Source: an uncultured Gemmatimonadales bacterium
GTDB lineage: Bacteria; Gemmatimonadota; Gemmatimonadetes; Gemmatimonadales; GWC2-71-9
DNA: 64,000 bases
Direction of reading: 5' to 3'
Assembly (NCBI GenBank): GCA_963821525.1
Contig: CAWGED010000003.1
Coordinates: forward strand, 64,001-128,000
In this document: piece after piece, positions 23,242 through 34,080 of the stretch
How positions within the stretch are numbered: the first letter of the stretch is position 1
Layout of the letters: each line of letters starts with the position of its first letter
The notes under the pieces: model-generated
The model's input: only the letters and a program-made list of their open reading frames with translations
What the model was told of the DNA's origin: nothing
Databases searched by the model: none
Translations under genes and position numbers: made by a program

Positions 23242-23697
23242 TTGCTGCTCACCGAACTGCTGACGCCTGACCGGATCAAAGTCCCCCTCGAGGCGGGCGA
23301 CAAGCCGGGCGTCATCCGCGAACTCACCCAACTCCTTGCCGAACGTGCCGGTGGCGACCCAGCCAGGATCCTGGCCGCAGTCGAGGAACGGGAACAGGTC
23401 CTGAGCACCGGCATCGGGTACGGCATCGCGATTCCTCACGCCAAGTCGGCGACCATTCACGACCTTCAGCTGGTGTGCGGCAGCCGCCCGGTGGGTGTGC
23501 CGTTCGACGCACTCGACGGCGAACCGGTGCGGCTCTTCTTCCTTCTCGTCGGCCCCGAGGGCGCTGCAGGGCTGCACGTAAAGGCGCTGAGCCGGATCGC
23601 CCGCGTGGTTCGTCGCGAGGCAGTCCGCGAGGCGCTGCTAAAAGCGCAGACTCCTGCCGAATTCCACCAGGTCCTGGTGGAGGCCGAGGAACGATGA
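23242..23697 (+). CDS. ptsN: PTS IIA-like nitrogen regulatory protein
   Basis: EREQVLSTGIGYGIAIPHAK, FDALDGEPVRLFFLL, HVKALSRIAR. Confidence 0.85.
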   Translation: MLLTELLTPDRIKVPLEAGDKPGVIRELTQLLAERAGGDPARILAAVEEREQVLSTGIGYGIAIPHAKSATIHDLQLVCGSRPVGVPFDALDGEPVRLFFLLVGPEGAAGLHVKALSRIARVVRREAVREALLKAQTPAEFHQVLVEAEER

Positions 23698-25461
23698 CCG
23701 CCACCGCATTACGGACTCACCGCTGCGGCAGTCTCCGCCGCGACCACGCGGGCCAGAAGGTTCGCCTCGGCGGCTGGGTGCATCGGGTGCGCGATCTTGG
23801 CGGGCTTCTGTTCATTGACCTGCGGGACCGCGACGGGATCGTGCAGCTCTCCTTCGATCCCAAGTGGACTCCAGCCGAGGTGCTGCGCCGGGCCGGAGAG
23901 GTCGGAGCCGAGAGTGTCGTACTGGTGAGCGGTACAGTTGAGCTCCGGCCGGAGTCCGCGCGCGACACCGCCCTCGCCACTCGCGACGTCGAAATCAGGG
24001 TGGAATCCCTGCAGATCGTGGGGCCGGCGGAGACGCCCGCGATTCCGGTCGCCCGCAAGGAGGGCGAGGAGCTTCCCGCCGAGGAGCTGCGACTCAAGCA
24101 CCGGGTGCTCGACCTGCGCCGCCCGGAGCTGGCGCGGAACCTCATGCTGCGACACCGCCTCCTGCAGCGCTCCCGGCGCACCCTCACCGAGCTCGATTTC
24201 CTGGAGCTCGAGACACCGATTCTCACCAAGCCGACTCCCGAAGGCGCGCGCGACTACCTGGTTCCGAGCCGGATTCATCCGGGGGAGTTCTTCGCGCTGC
24301 CCCAGTCGCCCCAGATCTACAAGCAGCTGCTGATGGTGGCGGGCTACGATCGCTACTTCCAGATCGCGCGCTGCTTCCGGGACGAAGATCTCCGCGCCGA
24401 TCGCCAGCCCGAGTTCACTCAGATCGACCTGGAAGCGTCGCTTCGTCTCGACGGACGATGTGATGGCCGTGGTCGAGAAGGTCCTGGTGGACCTGTGGGC
24501 CGAAGCGGGACAGTCGGTGCAGACGCCGTTCCTTCGGATGCCGTGGCGGGAGGCGATGGAACGCTTTGGCGTGGACAAGCCCGACCTGCGCTACGACCTC
24601 GAAATCCGGGACCTCACTCCTCAAGTCGGAGCCGACGCGGCGGAATTCCTCAAGTCCGCCGTGGCAGGCGGCCAGCGCCTGCGTGCCATCATCGCCCCGG
24701 GATCTGCCGGCATGAGCCGGAAGGAAATCGACGGGCTCACGGCGATCGTCAAAGGCGCCAAGGCGGGAGGACTGATCTGGGCCAAGCGCACAGCGACGGG
24801 GTGGGAAGGGCAGGGAGTAAAGGCGGTTGGCACGGAGACGCTGGCGAAGCTGGGCACCGAGGGGGATCTGCTGCTCGCGGTTGTGGGAACTGATCAGGTC
24901 ACCTCACCCGCGCTGCACGCCCTGCGCTCGGAGCTGGTCCGGCGGCCCGGTATGAAGGCCAACAAGGATCACGCCTTCTGCTGGATCGTGGACTTCCCGC
25001 TCTTCGAGCTGGACCCCGACACCGGGCAGCACGTGCCGGCGCACCATCCGTTCACCGCTCCGCATCCGGATGACATTGCTCAGCTGACCAGCAATCCGGC
25101 CGGGACTCGTGCACTGCACTACGATGCGGTGTACAACGGCAACGAGCTGGGCAGCGGCTCCATCCGGATCACCGATCCCAAGGTTCAGCGCAAAATCTTC
25201 GAGCTGCTGGGCATTCCGGACTCCGAGATCCGTCGCCGCTTCGGTTTCCTGCTCGACGGCCTGGCCGCTGGCGCGCCCCCCCATGGCGGATTCGCCCTGG
25301 GGTTCGATCGAATTTCGATGCTGTTGGCAGGAGCTACGTCGCTGCGGGATGTAATCGCGTTCCCCAAGACTACGGCGGCACGGGCCTTGTTCGAGGGGGC
25401 GCCGACGGTAGTGAATCCAGAGGACTTGAAGGCGTTGCACATTGAGGTACGGGAGACGTGA
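23694..25461 (+). CDS. aspS: Aspartate--tRNA ligase (frameshift near 24440)
   Basis: RTHRCG, RDLGGLLFIDLRD, TPEGARDY, LPQSPQ, RCFRDED, PPHGGFALGFDR, DVIAFPK. Confidence 0.97.
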
Positions 25462-25555
25462 GAGGTGAGACGTGAGAGGTGAGAGTAAGACGTGAGAGGC
25501 GAGAAGTGAGAAGTGAGGGCGTTTCCCTCTCACCTCTTACGTCTCACGTCTCACT
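25458..25555. repeat. Heptamer-arm inverted repeat (GTGAGAR / YTCTCAC)
   Basis: About 8 gtgagaN units starting in the aspS stop, then ctctcacctcttacgtctcacgtctcac. Confidence 0.88.
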
Positions 25556-25575
25556 TTTTTCCAAGGAGACCAAAA

Positions 25576-26526
25576 TTGCCTGACGACATCCAACACCGAT
25601 TGTCGACTGAAGGCGCGGACCCACTGCTCCTGGCCGGCGTGAACGATGCGAACCTGCTCGCACTGGAACGGGCGCTTGGGGTCCGGGTGTCGCTCCGGGG
25701 TGATGCCATCACGGTGGGGGGAAGCTTCGAGCAGGTTGAGCGCGCGACCGGCGTGGTTCAAGCGATGCTTGACCTGACTCGCATGGGCGAAGCGGTGACC
25801 GCGGATGACGTGGCCCGCCTGGTGGCAAACGGCCCGGTGGCTGAACCGTCAGCGAGCGGCGAGCAACGCATCATCCTGCCTGGTCTCCGCCGGGTGATCG
25901 TGGCCAAGACGCAGGGCCAGCGGGACTATCTGCAGGCCATTGCGACGCACGATATCGTGGTGAGCATCGGGCCAGCCGGCACCGGCAAGACCTATCTCGC
26001 CGTCGCCAAGGCGGTGGAAGCGCTGGCTCGGAAGCGGGTACGCCGGATCATCCTCGCCCGGCCGGCGGTGGAAGCGGGAGAGTCGCTGGGATTTCTCCCC
26101 GGAGACATGCAGGCCAAGGTCGATCCGTATCTCCGCCCGCTGTACGACGCACTCGAGGACATGATGCCGCATGACCGGGTGCAGAAGGCGCTGGAGACGC
26201 GAACGATCGAGATCGCGCCGCTGGCTTACATGCGCGGCCGCACGCTCGCGGACGCGTTCATCATCCTGGACGAGGCACAGAACGCCACGATCGCCCAGAT
26301 GAAAATGTTCCTGACCCGGCTCGGCGTGAACAGCAAGGTGGTGGTCACCGGAGACAAGACCCAGATCGACCTTCCCAAGAGGGAAGAATCGGGACTGATC
26401 CAGATCGAACGGGTCCTCCCTGGCATCGACGGGATCGCGTTCTGCTATCTCGACGAGTCCGATGTGATGCGGCACAGGCTGGTGCGGGAGATCATCCGGG
26501 CCTACGCGGAGGATCAGAACGGTTGA
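25576..26526 (+). CDS. phoH: PhoH-family ATPase (YbeZ-like)
   Basis: GPAGTGKTYLA, RPAVEAGESLGFLPG, LAYMRGRTL, DEAQN; AAGGAG SD. Confidence 0.93.
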   Translation: MPDDIQHRLSTEGADPLLLAGVNDANLLALERALGVRVSLRGDAITVGGSFEQVERATGVVQAMLDLTRMGEAVTADDVARLVANGPVAEPSASGEQRIILPGLRRVIVAKTQGQRDYLQAIATHDIVVSIGPAGTGKTYLAVAKAVEALARKRVRRIILARPAVEAGESLGFLPGDMQAKVDPYLRPLYDALEDMMPHDRVQKALETRTIEIAPLAYMRGRTLADAFIILDEAQNATIAQMKMFLTRLGVNSKVVVTGDKTQIDLPKREESGLIQIERVLPGIDGIAFCYLDESDVMRHRLVREIIRAYAEDQNG

Positions 26527-27980
26527 TGCGTGATGGCAGGACCGAGCGCGCGTGGGGTGACGCCGCCGGATCCTCCTTGCTGAATCGCTTCACTTTCCAC
26601 GCGGCCCGGTGGGGGCTGATCCTCATCCCGGCGCTGGCCACCCGGCTGGCATATCCTCCGACGACCACCGGCGGCTTCGTCCGGACCTGGGTCGGCCCCG
26701 TTCTCTACAATCTCGTCATCCTCTCCATCTTCTGGCTGCTGCTCGCGTTCTATCGCCGCGAGACCTATCGACGGCTGCGGGAGATGGTGTTTTTTACCGC
26801 CCTGTTCACGCTCTCCATCGTTCTCGGGGATCTGCTCGACGGGCTGTTTCCGGCCCGTGCCGAACCGCTGCCAATCCCGCTTGCGGCTATCCTGGTCACC
26901 CTTCTCTATAACGGTCGCATCGCGATCACCTGCGCCATCACCCTGGCACTCCTGCTGGGAACCCAGGGCGGTCAGACCGACGCCGCGACACTCTTCTTCG
27001 GGATCGCGGGCGGTGTGGCCGGTGCCATCAGCATGCGCGTGGTGCGGCGCCGCAGCCAGGTCCTCGTCAGCATCGCGGCGATCACCCTCGCCTACGCCAT
27101 CGCGGGGTTCACCTACGGGTTGATGGCCGGGTGGACAGCGGACGACATGCTTCGGAGCGCGGGCATCGGCGGGATCGTCGCCCTGGTGAGTACGTCGGTC
27201 GCCATGGCCCTGCTGCCGCTCGCCGAATGGCTTACCCGCATCACCACCGATCTCCGGCTGCTGGAGCTGGCGGACCCGTCGCGCCCGCTCCTCAAACGCC
27301 TGGCCACCGAGGCTCCCGGCACCTGGGCCCACAGTCTCCAGATGGCCAACCTCTGTGAAGTCGCGTGTAACGCGATCCAGGCCAACGGGCTGCTCGCCCG
27401 GGTCGGCTGCTATTATCACGATGTCGGCAAGCTGGTCGGCCCGCTCTACTTCGCCGAAAACCAGCAGGGCGGGCGCAATCCGCACGACGATCTCAAACCG
27501 GAGGACTCGGCGCGCATCATCAGGCAGCACGTGGTCTACGGATTGGAGCTGGCCGACCAGGCCCGATTGCCCGAAGTGGTTCGAGGATTCATCGCGGAGC
27601 ACCACGGCACCAGCAGGATGGAATACTTCTTCGAGCAGGCCCAGAAGCCTGACGGCGCCGCATCGGGAGACGAGAGCGCCTTCGAGTATCCTGGCCCCCG
27701 GCCCCGGACCGCGGAGACCGCCGTCGCCATGCTCGCCGACAGCGCCGAGGCCGCGGTGCGGGTACTGGATGAACCGACTCCGGAGCGGGTGAGGGAAGCG
27801 GTGGATTTCCTGGTCGCGCAGAAGATCGCCGCCGGCCAGCTGAGGGAGGCACCGCTCACGCTGCGGGACCTGGACCGCGTGAGCCAGGAGTTCGCCCGGC
27901 TGCTCGCCGGTATGTACCATACCCGCGTCGAGTATCCCAGCGGTGCGGGTGGGATCACGGCTGACTTTGGCCGTGACTAG
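26523..27980 (+). CDS. 7TM-HD family phosphohydrolase (PgpH-like), lacking a large extracellular domain
   Basis: Multiple TM helices, APGTWAHS, YYHDVGK, FAENQ, EHHGT, YPGPRP, MLADSAEAA. Confidence 0.88.
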   Translation: MMRDGRTERAWGDAAGSSLLNRFTFHAARWGLILIPALATRLAYPPTTTGGFVRTWVGPVLYNLVILSIFWLLLAFYRRETYRRLREMVFFTALFTLSIVLGDLLDGLFPARAEPLPIPLAAILVTLLYNGRIAITCAITLALLLGTQGGQTDAATLFFGIAGGVAGAISMRVVRRRSQVLVSIAAITLAYAIAGFTYGLMAGWTADDMLRSAGIGGIVALVSTSVAMALLPLAEWLTRITTDLRLLELADPSRPLLKRLATEAPGTWAHSLQMANLCEVACNAIQANGLLARVGCYYHDVGKLVGPLYFAENQQGGRNPHDDLKPEDSARIIRQHVVYGLELADQARLPEVVRGFIAEHHGTSRMEYFFEQAQKPDGAASGDESAFEYPGPRPRTAETAVAMLADSAEAAVRVLDEPTPERVREAVDFLVAQKIAAGQLREAPLTLRDLDRVSQEFARLLAGMYHTRVEYPSGAGGITADFGRD

Positions 27981-28410
27981 GAGATTGAGCCAGCGTCCGC
28001 CGGAGGTGCTTGTGAGCGGCCGAAGCAAGCTCTCCGCGACGCGAGTGCGACGGATCGTTCGGAAAGTGCTGGCGGCCGAGCGACGCCGCGCCACGGTGTC
28101 GGTGACTTTTATCGGACCGACCCGAATGCGGCGGCTCAACCGGGAGTACAAGAGGCATGACCGGCCGACCGATGTCATCTCGTTCCACCTGCCGGGGCCC
28201 GATGGGAGCCTGGCGGGAGACATTTACATCTGCCCGGCGGTCGCGGCACGCGAAGCAAAGGCGGCCGGTGTGACTCAGGCCGAAGAGTTGGCTCGCCTTG
28301 TAATTCACGGCACCTTGCACGTGCTGGGTTACGACCATCCCGAAGGTCGGGGACGGACCACTTCGGTTCTCTGGCGACGGCAGGAGCGATACCTGGAAGC
28401 GCTGACGTGA
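27973..28410 (+). CDS. ybeY: rRNA maturation endoribonuclease YbeY
   Basis: PTDVISF, GDIYI, IHGTLHVLGYDH. Confidence 0.93.
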   Translation: MTRRLSQRPPEVLVSGRSKLSATRVRRIVRKVLAAERRRATVSVTFIGPTRMRRLNREYKRHDRPTDVISFHLPGPDGSLAGDIYICPAVAAREAKAAGVTQAEELARLVIHGTLHVLGYDHPEGRGRTTSVLWRRQERYLEALT

Positions 28411-29604
28411 TAGAAACACTGCACTACTTCATCACCCCGCTCGCCACCCTGATCTTCGCGTTTTGGGCGGCATGGCTCTCCTTTGCGGGAGAGGCGGATG
28501 CGGACGTCCCTCATATCCTCGCGGACGAGCAGCCGACCGGTGAAAGCGGACTCCCTCCGGCGCGGGCGCTGTATGTCGCGCACCTGGCCCTGCTGGTGCT
28601 GGCGGGCGCCGCTGCGGGAATCGCCGAATCGTGGTGGGCGCGTCCTGCCGGGGGAGCGCTCGCTCGGCTGCTTCTCGCGGTGGGACTGGTCTGGATCGTC
28701 GGCAATATTCTCCCGCGCTTCCTGGCATCCGTCGCGCCCGACTTGCCCGCCCTCGCGCGTCCGTCGGCGATCCGCTCCCTGCGACTCCTGGCCCCCGGTC
28801 TTCGCCTCGCGGCCTGGGCCGACCGGAAGATCCGCCCGGTCAAACGGCGGGAATACCGCGAGTCCGGCGCCACCCGCCGCGACATGCTGCTCGGCCTCTT
28901 CTCCCTGGCCGACACGACGGTCGCCGAGGTGATGACTCCCCGGATCGATATCATCGCGGTCGATGCGTCGGCCACCAGGGACGAAGTGGTCGCGACGCTC
29001 CAGGGCTCCGAACACGCGCGGCTCCTGGTGTACGAGGAGCACCCCGATGCGGTCATCGGCGTGCTCTACGCCAAGGACATGCTCGCCCGATTGCCGGAGG
29101 GCGACGATGCCGAGCCATGGAACGCCCTGATCCGGCCTGCGGCCTACGTCCCGGAAGGGAAGACACTCGATCGCCAGCTGCGCGACTTCCAGCGGGGGCC
29201 AAGCCATCTCGCGGTCGTGGTGGATGAATTCGGCGGCACCGCGGGCATCGTGACGTTGGAAGACATCCTCGAACAGATCGTTGGTGAGATCCAGGACGAG
29301 CACGACACCGATGAGGCCATTCCGGTTCAGGAGCTTCCCGCGGGACGGCTGTCGGTCGAAGGCGGCGTGCCACTCTCCGAGCTTGAAGCGATTCTCGGGA
29401 CACAGCTTCGGTCGGGAAGACGTGACCACCGTGGGTGGCTTGATGCTCGACGCCTTTGGCCGGGTACCTCGCTCGGGTGAGGCGGTCGCAGTTGATGGGA
29501 TTCGCTTCGCGGTGGAGCAGGTGGCCCGCAGGCGGGTCAGGCGGGTCCAGGTGGAGCGGCCCACCGCGCCGGCCGCGGCCGAGGCAGAGGAGGCGGCCGA
29601 ATGA
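28407..29604 (+). CDS. CNNM/hemolysin-family CBS-CorC protein (frameshift near 29405)
   Basis: TM region, EVMTPR, VVVDEFGGTAGIVTLEDILEQIVGEIQDE, CorC_HlyC tail. Confidence 0.88.
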
Positions 29605-30809
29605 TCTGGATCGTCTTCTCGATCGGCATCCTCCTCGCGGTCATCGGCGCCACCTCGAGCACCGCCCTGGTTTCCATGAGCCGCCTCGAGCTGGTGCAGG
29701 CAGTCTCCCGGCAGCTCCGCGGCGGACCCGGCTCCCTCGCCTGGCTGGCCGAGATGGAGACCTACCTCGGCATCACCGCGGCGCTCACCGCCCTCGGCAT
29801 GACGATACTCGGCGTGGCCACACCGGCGCTGTTCACCGGTGTGAGCCTGCTCGGATTCTTCGCGCTGATGATCCTCGTGGTCATCCCCGTCGTGCTGTTC
29901 GGCGGTTACCTGCTGCCCCGCTGGGTGGCTCGCTCCCGTCCCGAGGCCTTCCGCGCCGCCGTCGTGCCGGTGCTGCGGCCCGTTTCCGCCCTCTTCACTC
30001 TGTTCCTTCCCTCACGCGCCGGGACGTCCAGCGCCGATCTCCGCACCATCTGGCGCCAGGGTGCCGCGTCCGGTATCGGTGGCGACGAAGAGCTGATCAT
30101 GGTGGGCGGTGTCATGACCTTCGCCGAGCGAGCGGTACGGGAAGTGATGACTCCACGCACCAATCTCGTGGCGATTCCGGAAGACGCGCCGCTGGATGAG
30201 ATCGCCGCGGTCTTCGCTCAGAGCGGATACAGCCGGCTTCCGGTCTACCGCGGGACGCTGGATGAAATCGTCGGGATGCTGCACGCCTTTGACCTCTTCA
30301 AGCTGCAGCCGGGAGACCGGCTCCCGATTCGCCCGGTGGCCAACGCGCCAGCGGGACGGAACTGCGGTGACCTGCTGCTCGACATGCAGCGGGAGCGGCG
30401 CCATCTCGCCGTAGTCCTGGACGAATTCGGGGGAACGCTGGGCATCGTCACCTTCGAGGACCTGCTCGAGGAGCTGGTGGGCGAGATCTTCGACGAGTTC
30501 GACGAAGGCGCCGGCGGGGCGGGTGGTGCCACGCTGACGCTGTTCGAGACCGACGGCGCCACTCCGATCTCCGCCATCGAGGAGCGGTTCGATCGCAAGC
30601 TGCCCACCGCGACGACCAGCACGGTTGCCGGTCTGCTCGCCGAGCTGGCCGGACGGATTCCGGTAGCCGGCGATCGCTTCATCATCCGGACCCTGCAGTT
30701 CGACGTGGTCCAGGCCTCGCCCACCAAGGTGGAGCGCGTGCTGATTCGCCTGGTGCCTCCGCCGCCCGTGCTGCTCGCTCCGCCTCTCTCCGAGGATTCC
30801 CGGAAGTGA
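29601..30809 (+). CDS. CNNM/hemolysin-family CBS-CorC protein, second paralog
   Basis: TM region, EVMTPR, GYSRLPVY, DEFGGTLGIVTFEDLLEELVGEI. Confidence 0.88.
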   Translation: MIWIVFSIGILLAVIGATSSTALVSMSRLELVQAVSRQLRGGPGSLAWLAEMETYLGITAALTALGMTILGVATPALFTGVSLLGFFALMILVVIPVVLFGGYLLPRWVARSRPEAFRAAVVPVLRPVSALFTLFLPSRAGTSSADLRTIWRQGAASGIGGDEELIMVGGVMTFAERAVREVMTPRTNLVAIPEDAPLDEIAAVFAQSGYSRLPVYRGTLDEIVGMLHAFDLFKLQPGDRLPIRPVANAPAGRNCGDLLLDMQRERRHLAVVLDEFGGTLGIVTFEDLLEELVGEIFDEFDEGAGGAGGATLTLFETDGATPISAIEERFDRKLPTATTSTVAGLLAELAGRIPVAGDRFIIRTLQFDVVQASPTKVERVLIRLVPPPPVLLAPPLSEDSRK

Positions 30810-32143
30810 ATCCTTCGAGAATCGTCCAGTCTCTGCTCGGTCTCATCCGAGTGGGCGATCTCAAGCAGTTCCTTCTTCGGGCCGAGAAAACCGAGCCAGC
30901 CGACCTGGGAGACGTCCTGGCGTCCCTGGACGATCAGGAGCGCCTCGCCGTCGTGAAGCAGCTGCCGCCCCGGCTTTCCGGGCGTGCGCTGCTCGAGATG
31001 CCGGACGAGACCCAGGCCGAAGAGACGCTGGTCGCCCTCGAGTCCGAGACCGCAGGAGAGATCGTCGAGGAGCTGCCGGACGACGAGGCGGCGGACCTGG
31101 TCGGCGCGCTGGACCCGGAGGACCAGCAGCGAATTCTGGCCGAGGTCGAGGACCGGGCCGATGTAGAAACGCTGCTCCGCTACGATCCCGAGACCGCCGG
31201 CGGCATCATGACCGCGCATGTGGTCTCGGTGCGGGAGGACAGCACGGCGGCGGAAGCGATCGATGCTCTGCGAAAGCAGGCGGAGGAGGTCGAGGATTTC
31301 CCCCACGTCTTCGTGGTGGACTCGGATCGCAAGCTGGTCGGGGTACTGCCGCTCAAGGGGCTGGTCATGAGTCCCGCGGACCGGCCGGTCCGTGAGTTCA
31401 TGGAAAATGCCGACGTGCGGGTGGCGCCGGAGGAGGACCAGGAGGAAGTCGCCCGGCTCATCAAGCGCTACGACGTGGCGGGCGTGCCGGTGGTGGATGC
31501 GGCAGGACGGCTGCTGGGCCAGGTCACCTTCGACGACGTCATCGACGTGGTGGAAGAAGAGCAGACCGAAGACATGCTCCGCTTCGGTGGCGTCTCCGCC
31601 GATGAGGAACTGGGCGCCCGGTGGACCACCGCGGTGCGGAGCCGGTTGCCCTGGCTCTTCGTCAATCTGCTCACCGCCTTCATGGCCGGCGCCGTGGTCT
31701 ACCTGTTCAAGGACACCGTGACCCGGACCGTGGCGCTCGCGGTGTGGATGCCGATCATCGCCGGAATGGGCGGCAACGCCGGGACTCAGGCTCTCGCGGT
31801 GACGGTGCGACGCCTGGCCCTGGGACTCATTCCGCCCGACCGCTTTTTTCGGGTAGTGGGGAAGGAGATTCTCGTCGGACTGGTCAACGGGCTTGCGATC
31901 GGCGTCACGGTATCAGTCGTTGCGGTCGCGATGGGAGGGGGAGCTGAGCTGGGGCTTGTTGTGTTCCTCGCGATGGCCGGCAATCTCTTCGTCGCCGGCT
32001 TCGCCGGGGCGTTCATTCCGATTCTGCTGGAGCGGTTCAAGGTAGATCCTGCGATCGCGTCCTCGATTTTCGTTACTACCTTCACCGATGTCTGCGGTTT
32101 CCTCCTTCTGCTGGGTCTGGCCGGAACGCTCCTGACGCGGTGA
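30806..32143 (+). CDS. mgtE: Magnesium transporter MgtE
   Basis: MgtE_N, CBS pair (TAGGIMT), RLPWL, GMGGNAGTQ, DPAIASSIFVTTFTD. Confidence 0.95.
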   Translation: MNPSRIVQSLLGLIRVGDLKQFLLRAEKTEPADLGDVLASLDDQERLAVVKQLPPRLSGRALLEMPDETQAEETLVALESETAGEIVEELPDDEAADLVGALDPEDQQRILAEVEDRADVETLLRYDPETAGGIMTAHVVSVREDSTAAEAIDALRKQAEEVEDFPHVFVVDSDRKLVGVLPLKGLVMSPADRPVREFMENADVRVAPEEDQEEVARLIKRYDVAGVPVVDAAGRLLGQVTFDDVIDVVEEEQTEDMLRFGGVSADEELGARWTTAVRSRLPWLFVNLLTAFMAGAVVYLFKDTVTRTVALAVWMPIIAGMGGNAGTQALAVTVRRLALGLIPPDRFFRVVGKEILVGLVNGLAIGVTVSVVAVAMGGGAELGLVVFLAMAGNLFVAGFAGAFIPILLERFKVDPAIASSIFVTTFTDVCGFLLLLGLAGTLLTR

Positions 32144-32186
32144 GCCACACGCTGTGAGCCGGGCATGGTGACTGCTGGAGGCTGAT

Positions 32187-32496
32187 GTGATTGCCAGGCT
32201 GTGGCGCGGTTTGGCTCGCCCAAGTCAAGCCGGGGCGTACGAGGAACACCTACGCAGGCACACATTCCCGGCGCTCAAGGAGATTCCTGGGTTCGTCGAT
32301 GCCTCGATACTGCGCCGCCCGGTCGAGGGTGGGGTCGAGTTTCTTATCAGTGACCCGGTGGGCATCGATGGAGGCAATAGAGAGCTTTGCCGGATCGGAC
32401 GCCGAAGCCGCAGTGGTCCCTGCCGAAGTGCAAGAGATGATGATTGAATACGATCGACGGGTTAACCATTTCGAGGTGATGGATGGGTGCGGGTAA
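32187..32496 (+). CDS. Antibiotic biosynthesis monooxygenase-like (Dabb) protein (frameshift near 32350)
   Basis: MIARLWRG...TRWASMEAIESFAGSDAEAAVVP...HFEV. Confidence 0.75.
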
Positions 32497-32553
32497 GATC
32501 AAGCATTGACCTCATACTTGACGGATTTCAAATAACACCGGCCCGGCAGGCGG

Positions 32554-33648
32554 ATGTGCTGGCCCATGCCTGAACGAAGCATGCCTCTCTGGACCTGGCT
32601 CATCCCCCTCCTGGCGCTTGCCGTGCTCGGCATTGCGCTCGCGGCTGGCGTGGGTCCCATCCTCGCCCTGCTCTGCGGGGCGGCGTTGATCGGGTCGGTT
32701 CTCGTCGCTGTCCATCATGCGGAAGTCGTCGCCCACCGCGTCGGCGAGCCCCTCGGCACGCTCGTGCTGGCCCTGGCCGTGACGGCGATTGAAACGGCAC
32801 TCATCCTCTCCATGATGATTGCCGGTGGCGAAGAGATGGCGGTCTTGCCGCGTGACACGATCTATTCCGCGGTGATGATCATCTGCAATGGGGTCGTAGG
32901 CCTGTGCATTCTCGTGGGCGGTCTCGCGCACCGGGAGCAGACCTTCCGTGTGGAGGGGGCAGGTGGAGGGCTTGCAGCGTTGATTGTGATGGCCTCGCTC
33001 GCGCTGGTTCTGCCGGTCTTTACCATCACCACACCTACCGGGACCTACAACACCCCGCAACTCGCGTTCGTGGCGGTGGCCTCGGGCTCCCTCTGGGCGA
33101 TTTTCGTCTTCGTTCAGACCGTCCGCCATCGCGACTACTTCATCCCGGTAACCGACGCCGCCAATCCCGAGGTACAGGCCGAGCGTCCGACGACGAAGGT
33201 GGCATGGGCGAGCTTTGGGTTGTTGGTGGTGTCGCTGGTGGCGGTGGTAGGCCTGGCAAAGATGCTGTCGCCCACGATCGAAGGGGCGGTCGAGGCGGCC
33301 GACGCGCCGCGTACCGTGGTCGGCATAGTGATCGCGGCACTGGTCCTGCTGCCGGAGACGTGGGCCGCGGTGCGTGCCGCCCGGGCGAACCGCATCCAGA
33401 GCAGCATGAACCTGGCGATCGGCTCGGCGCTCGCCAGCATCGGCCTCACCGTCCCAATAGTCGTGATCGCATCGATCGTCTTTGGCTTGCCCCTGGTCCT
33501 GGGCCTGGGGGCCAAGGATATGGCGATGCTCGTGGTGACCTTCCTGGTAAGCGCAGTCACCCTCGGCACCGGCCGCACCTACATGATGCAGGGGGCGGTG
33601 CACCTGGTGCTGTTTGCGGCCTTCCTGTTCCTGGCTTTGGTGCCCTGA
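32554..33648 (+). CDS. chaA: Ca2+/H+ antiporter, ChaA family
   Basis: HHAEVVAHRVGEPLGTLVLALAVTAIE, LLPE, NLAIGSALASIGLT. Confidence 0.88.
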   Translation: MCWPMPERSMPLWTWLIPLLALAVLGIALAAGVGPILALLCGAALIGSVLVAVHHAEVVAHRVGEPLGTLVLALAVTAIETALILSMMIAGGEEMAVLPRDTIYSAVMIICNGVVGLCILVGGLAHREQTFRVEGAGGGLAALIVMASLALVLPVFTITTPTGTYNTPQLAFVAVASGSLWAIFVFVQTVRHRDYFIPVTDAANPEVQAERPTTKVAWASFGLLVVSLVAVVGLAKMLSPTIEGAVEAADAPRTVVGIVIAALVLLPETWAAVRAARANRIQSSMNLAIGSALASIGLTVPIVVIASIVFGLPLVLGLGAKDMAMLVVTFLVSAVTLGTGRTYMMQGAVHLVLFAAFLFLALVP

Positions 33649-33993
33649 CAAAGCATTGGACTAGCCACGAAAACAGAGCGGGCGCAGGATCTCTCCCACG
33701 GCCGCGGACGCGGCGCGGAGCGCGAGCCGGAGGGGGGGCGAGGGGAGGAGAGCGCAGAAAAGGAGGAGCCGAAGAGGCGAGCACCGCGGCAAACCACCCG
33801 ACACGCCACCACGCGCAGCCCCCCCCCACGTCCCCCCCCCCCCCCCCCGCGCTCCCGCCCTTCCTGCACCCTCTGCTTTCTCTTTCCCCCTCCCTTTCCT
33901 GACCTCGCGTGCCTCGCGTGCCTCGCCTTCTGTCCCTTCTTGGCGCCCTCCGTCAGGTGCTTGTCTTTTGCTGTATCCGGTCGTGGCTGACTC

Positions 33994-34080
33994 CTGAAAA
34001 ACAGAGCGGGCGCAGGATCTCTCCCACGCCCGCTCCCCTCTCCCCGCTCCCCTCTCACCGCTTACCGCTCACCGCTCACC
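33994..34080 (-). terminator. Terminator hairpin plus CCGCTCA heptamer arm downstream of epoxide hydrolase (repeated module)
   Basis: gagcgggcg...cgcccgctc stem with gaaaaaca (U-tract on minus strand); near copies at 33669-33700 and 35646-35710. Confidence 0.7.

Noticed and set aside
33700..33990. G-rich then poly-C low-complexity tract as a G-quadruplex or new element
   Set aside because: Looks like garbled consensus between duplicated ends; treat as an artefact until reads confirm it
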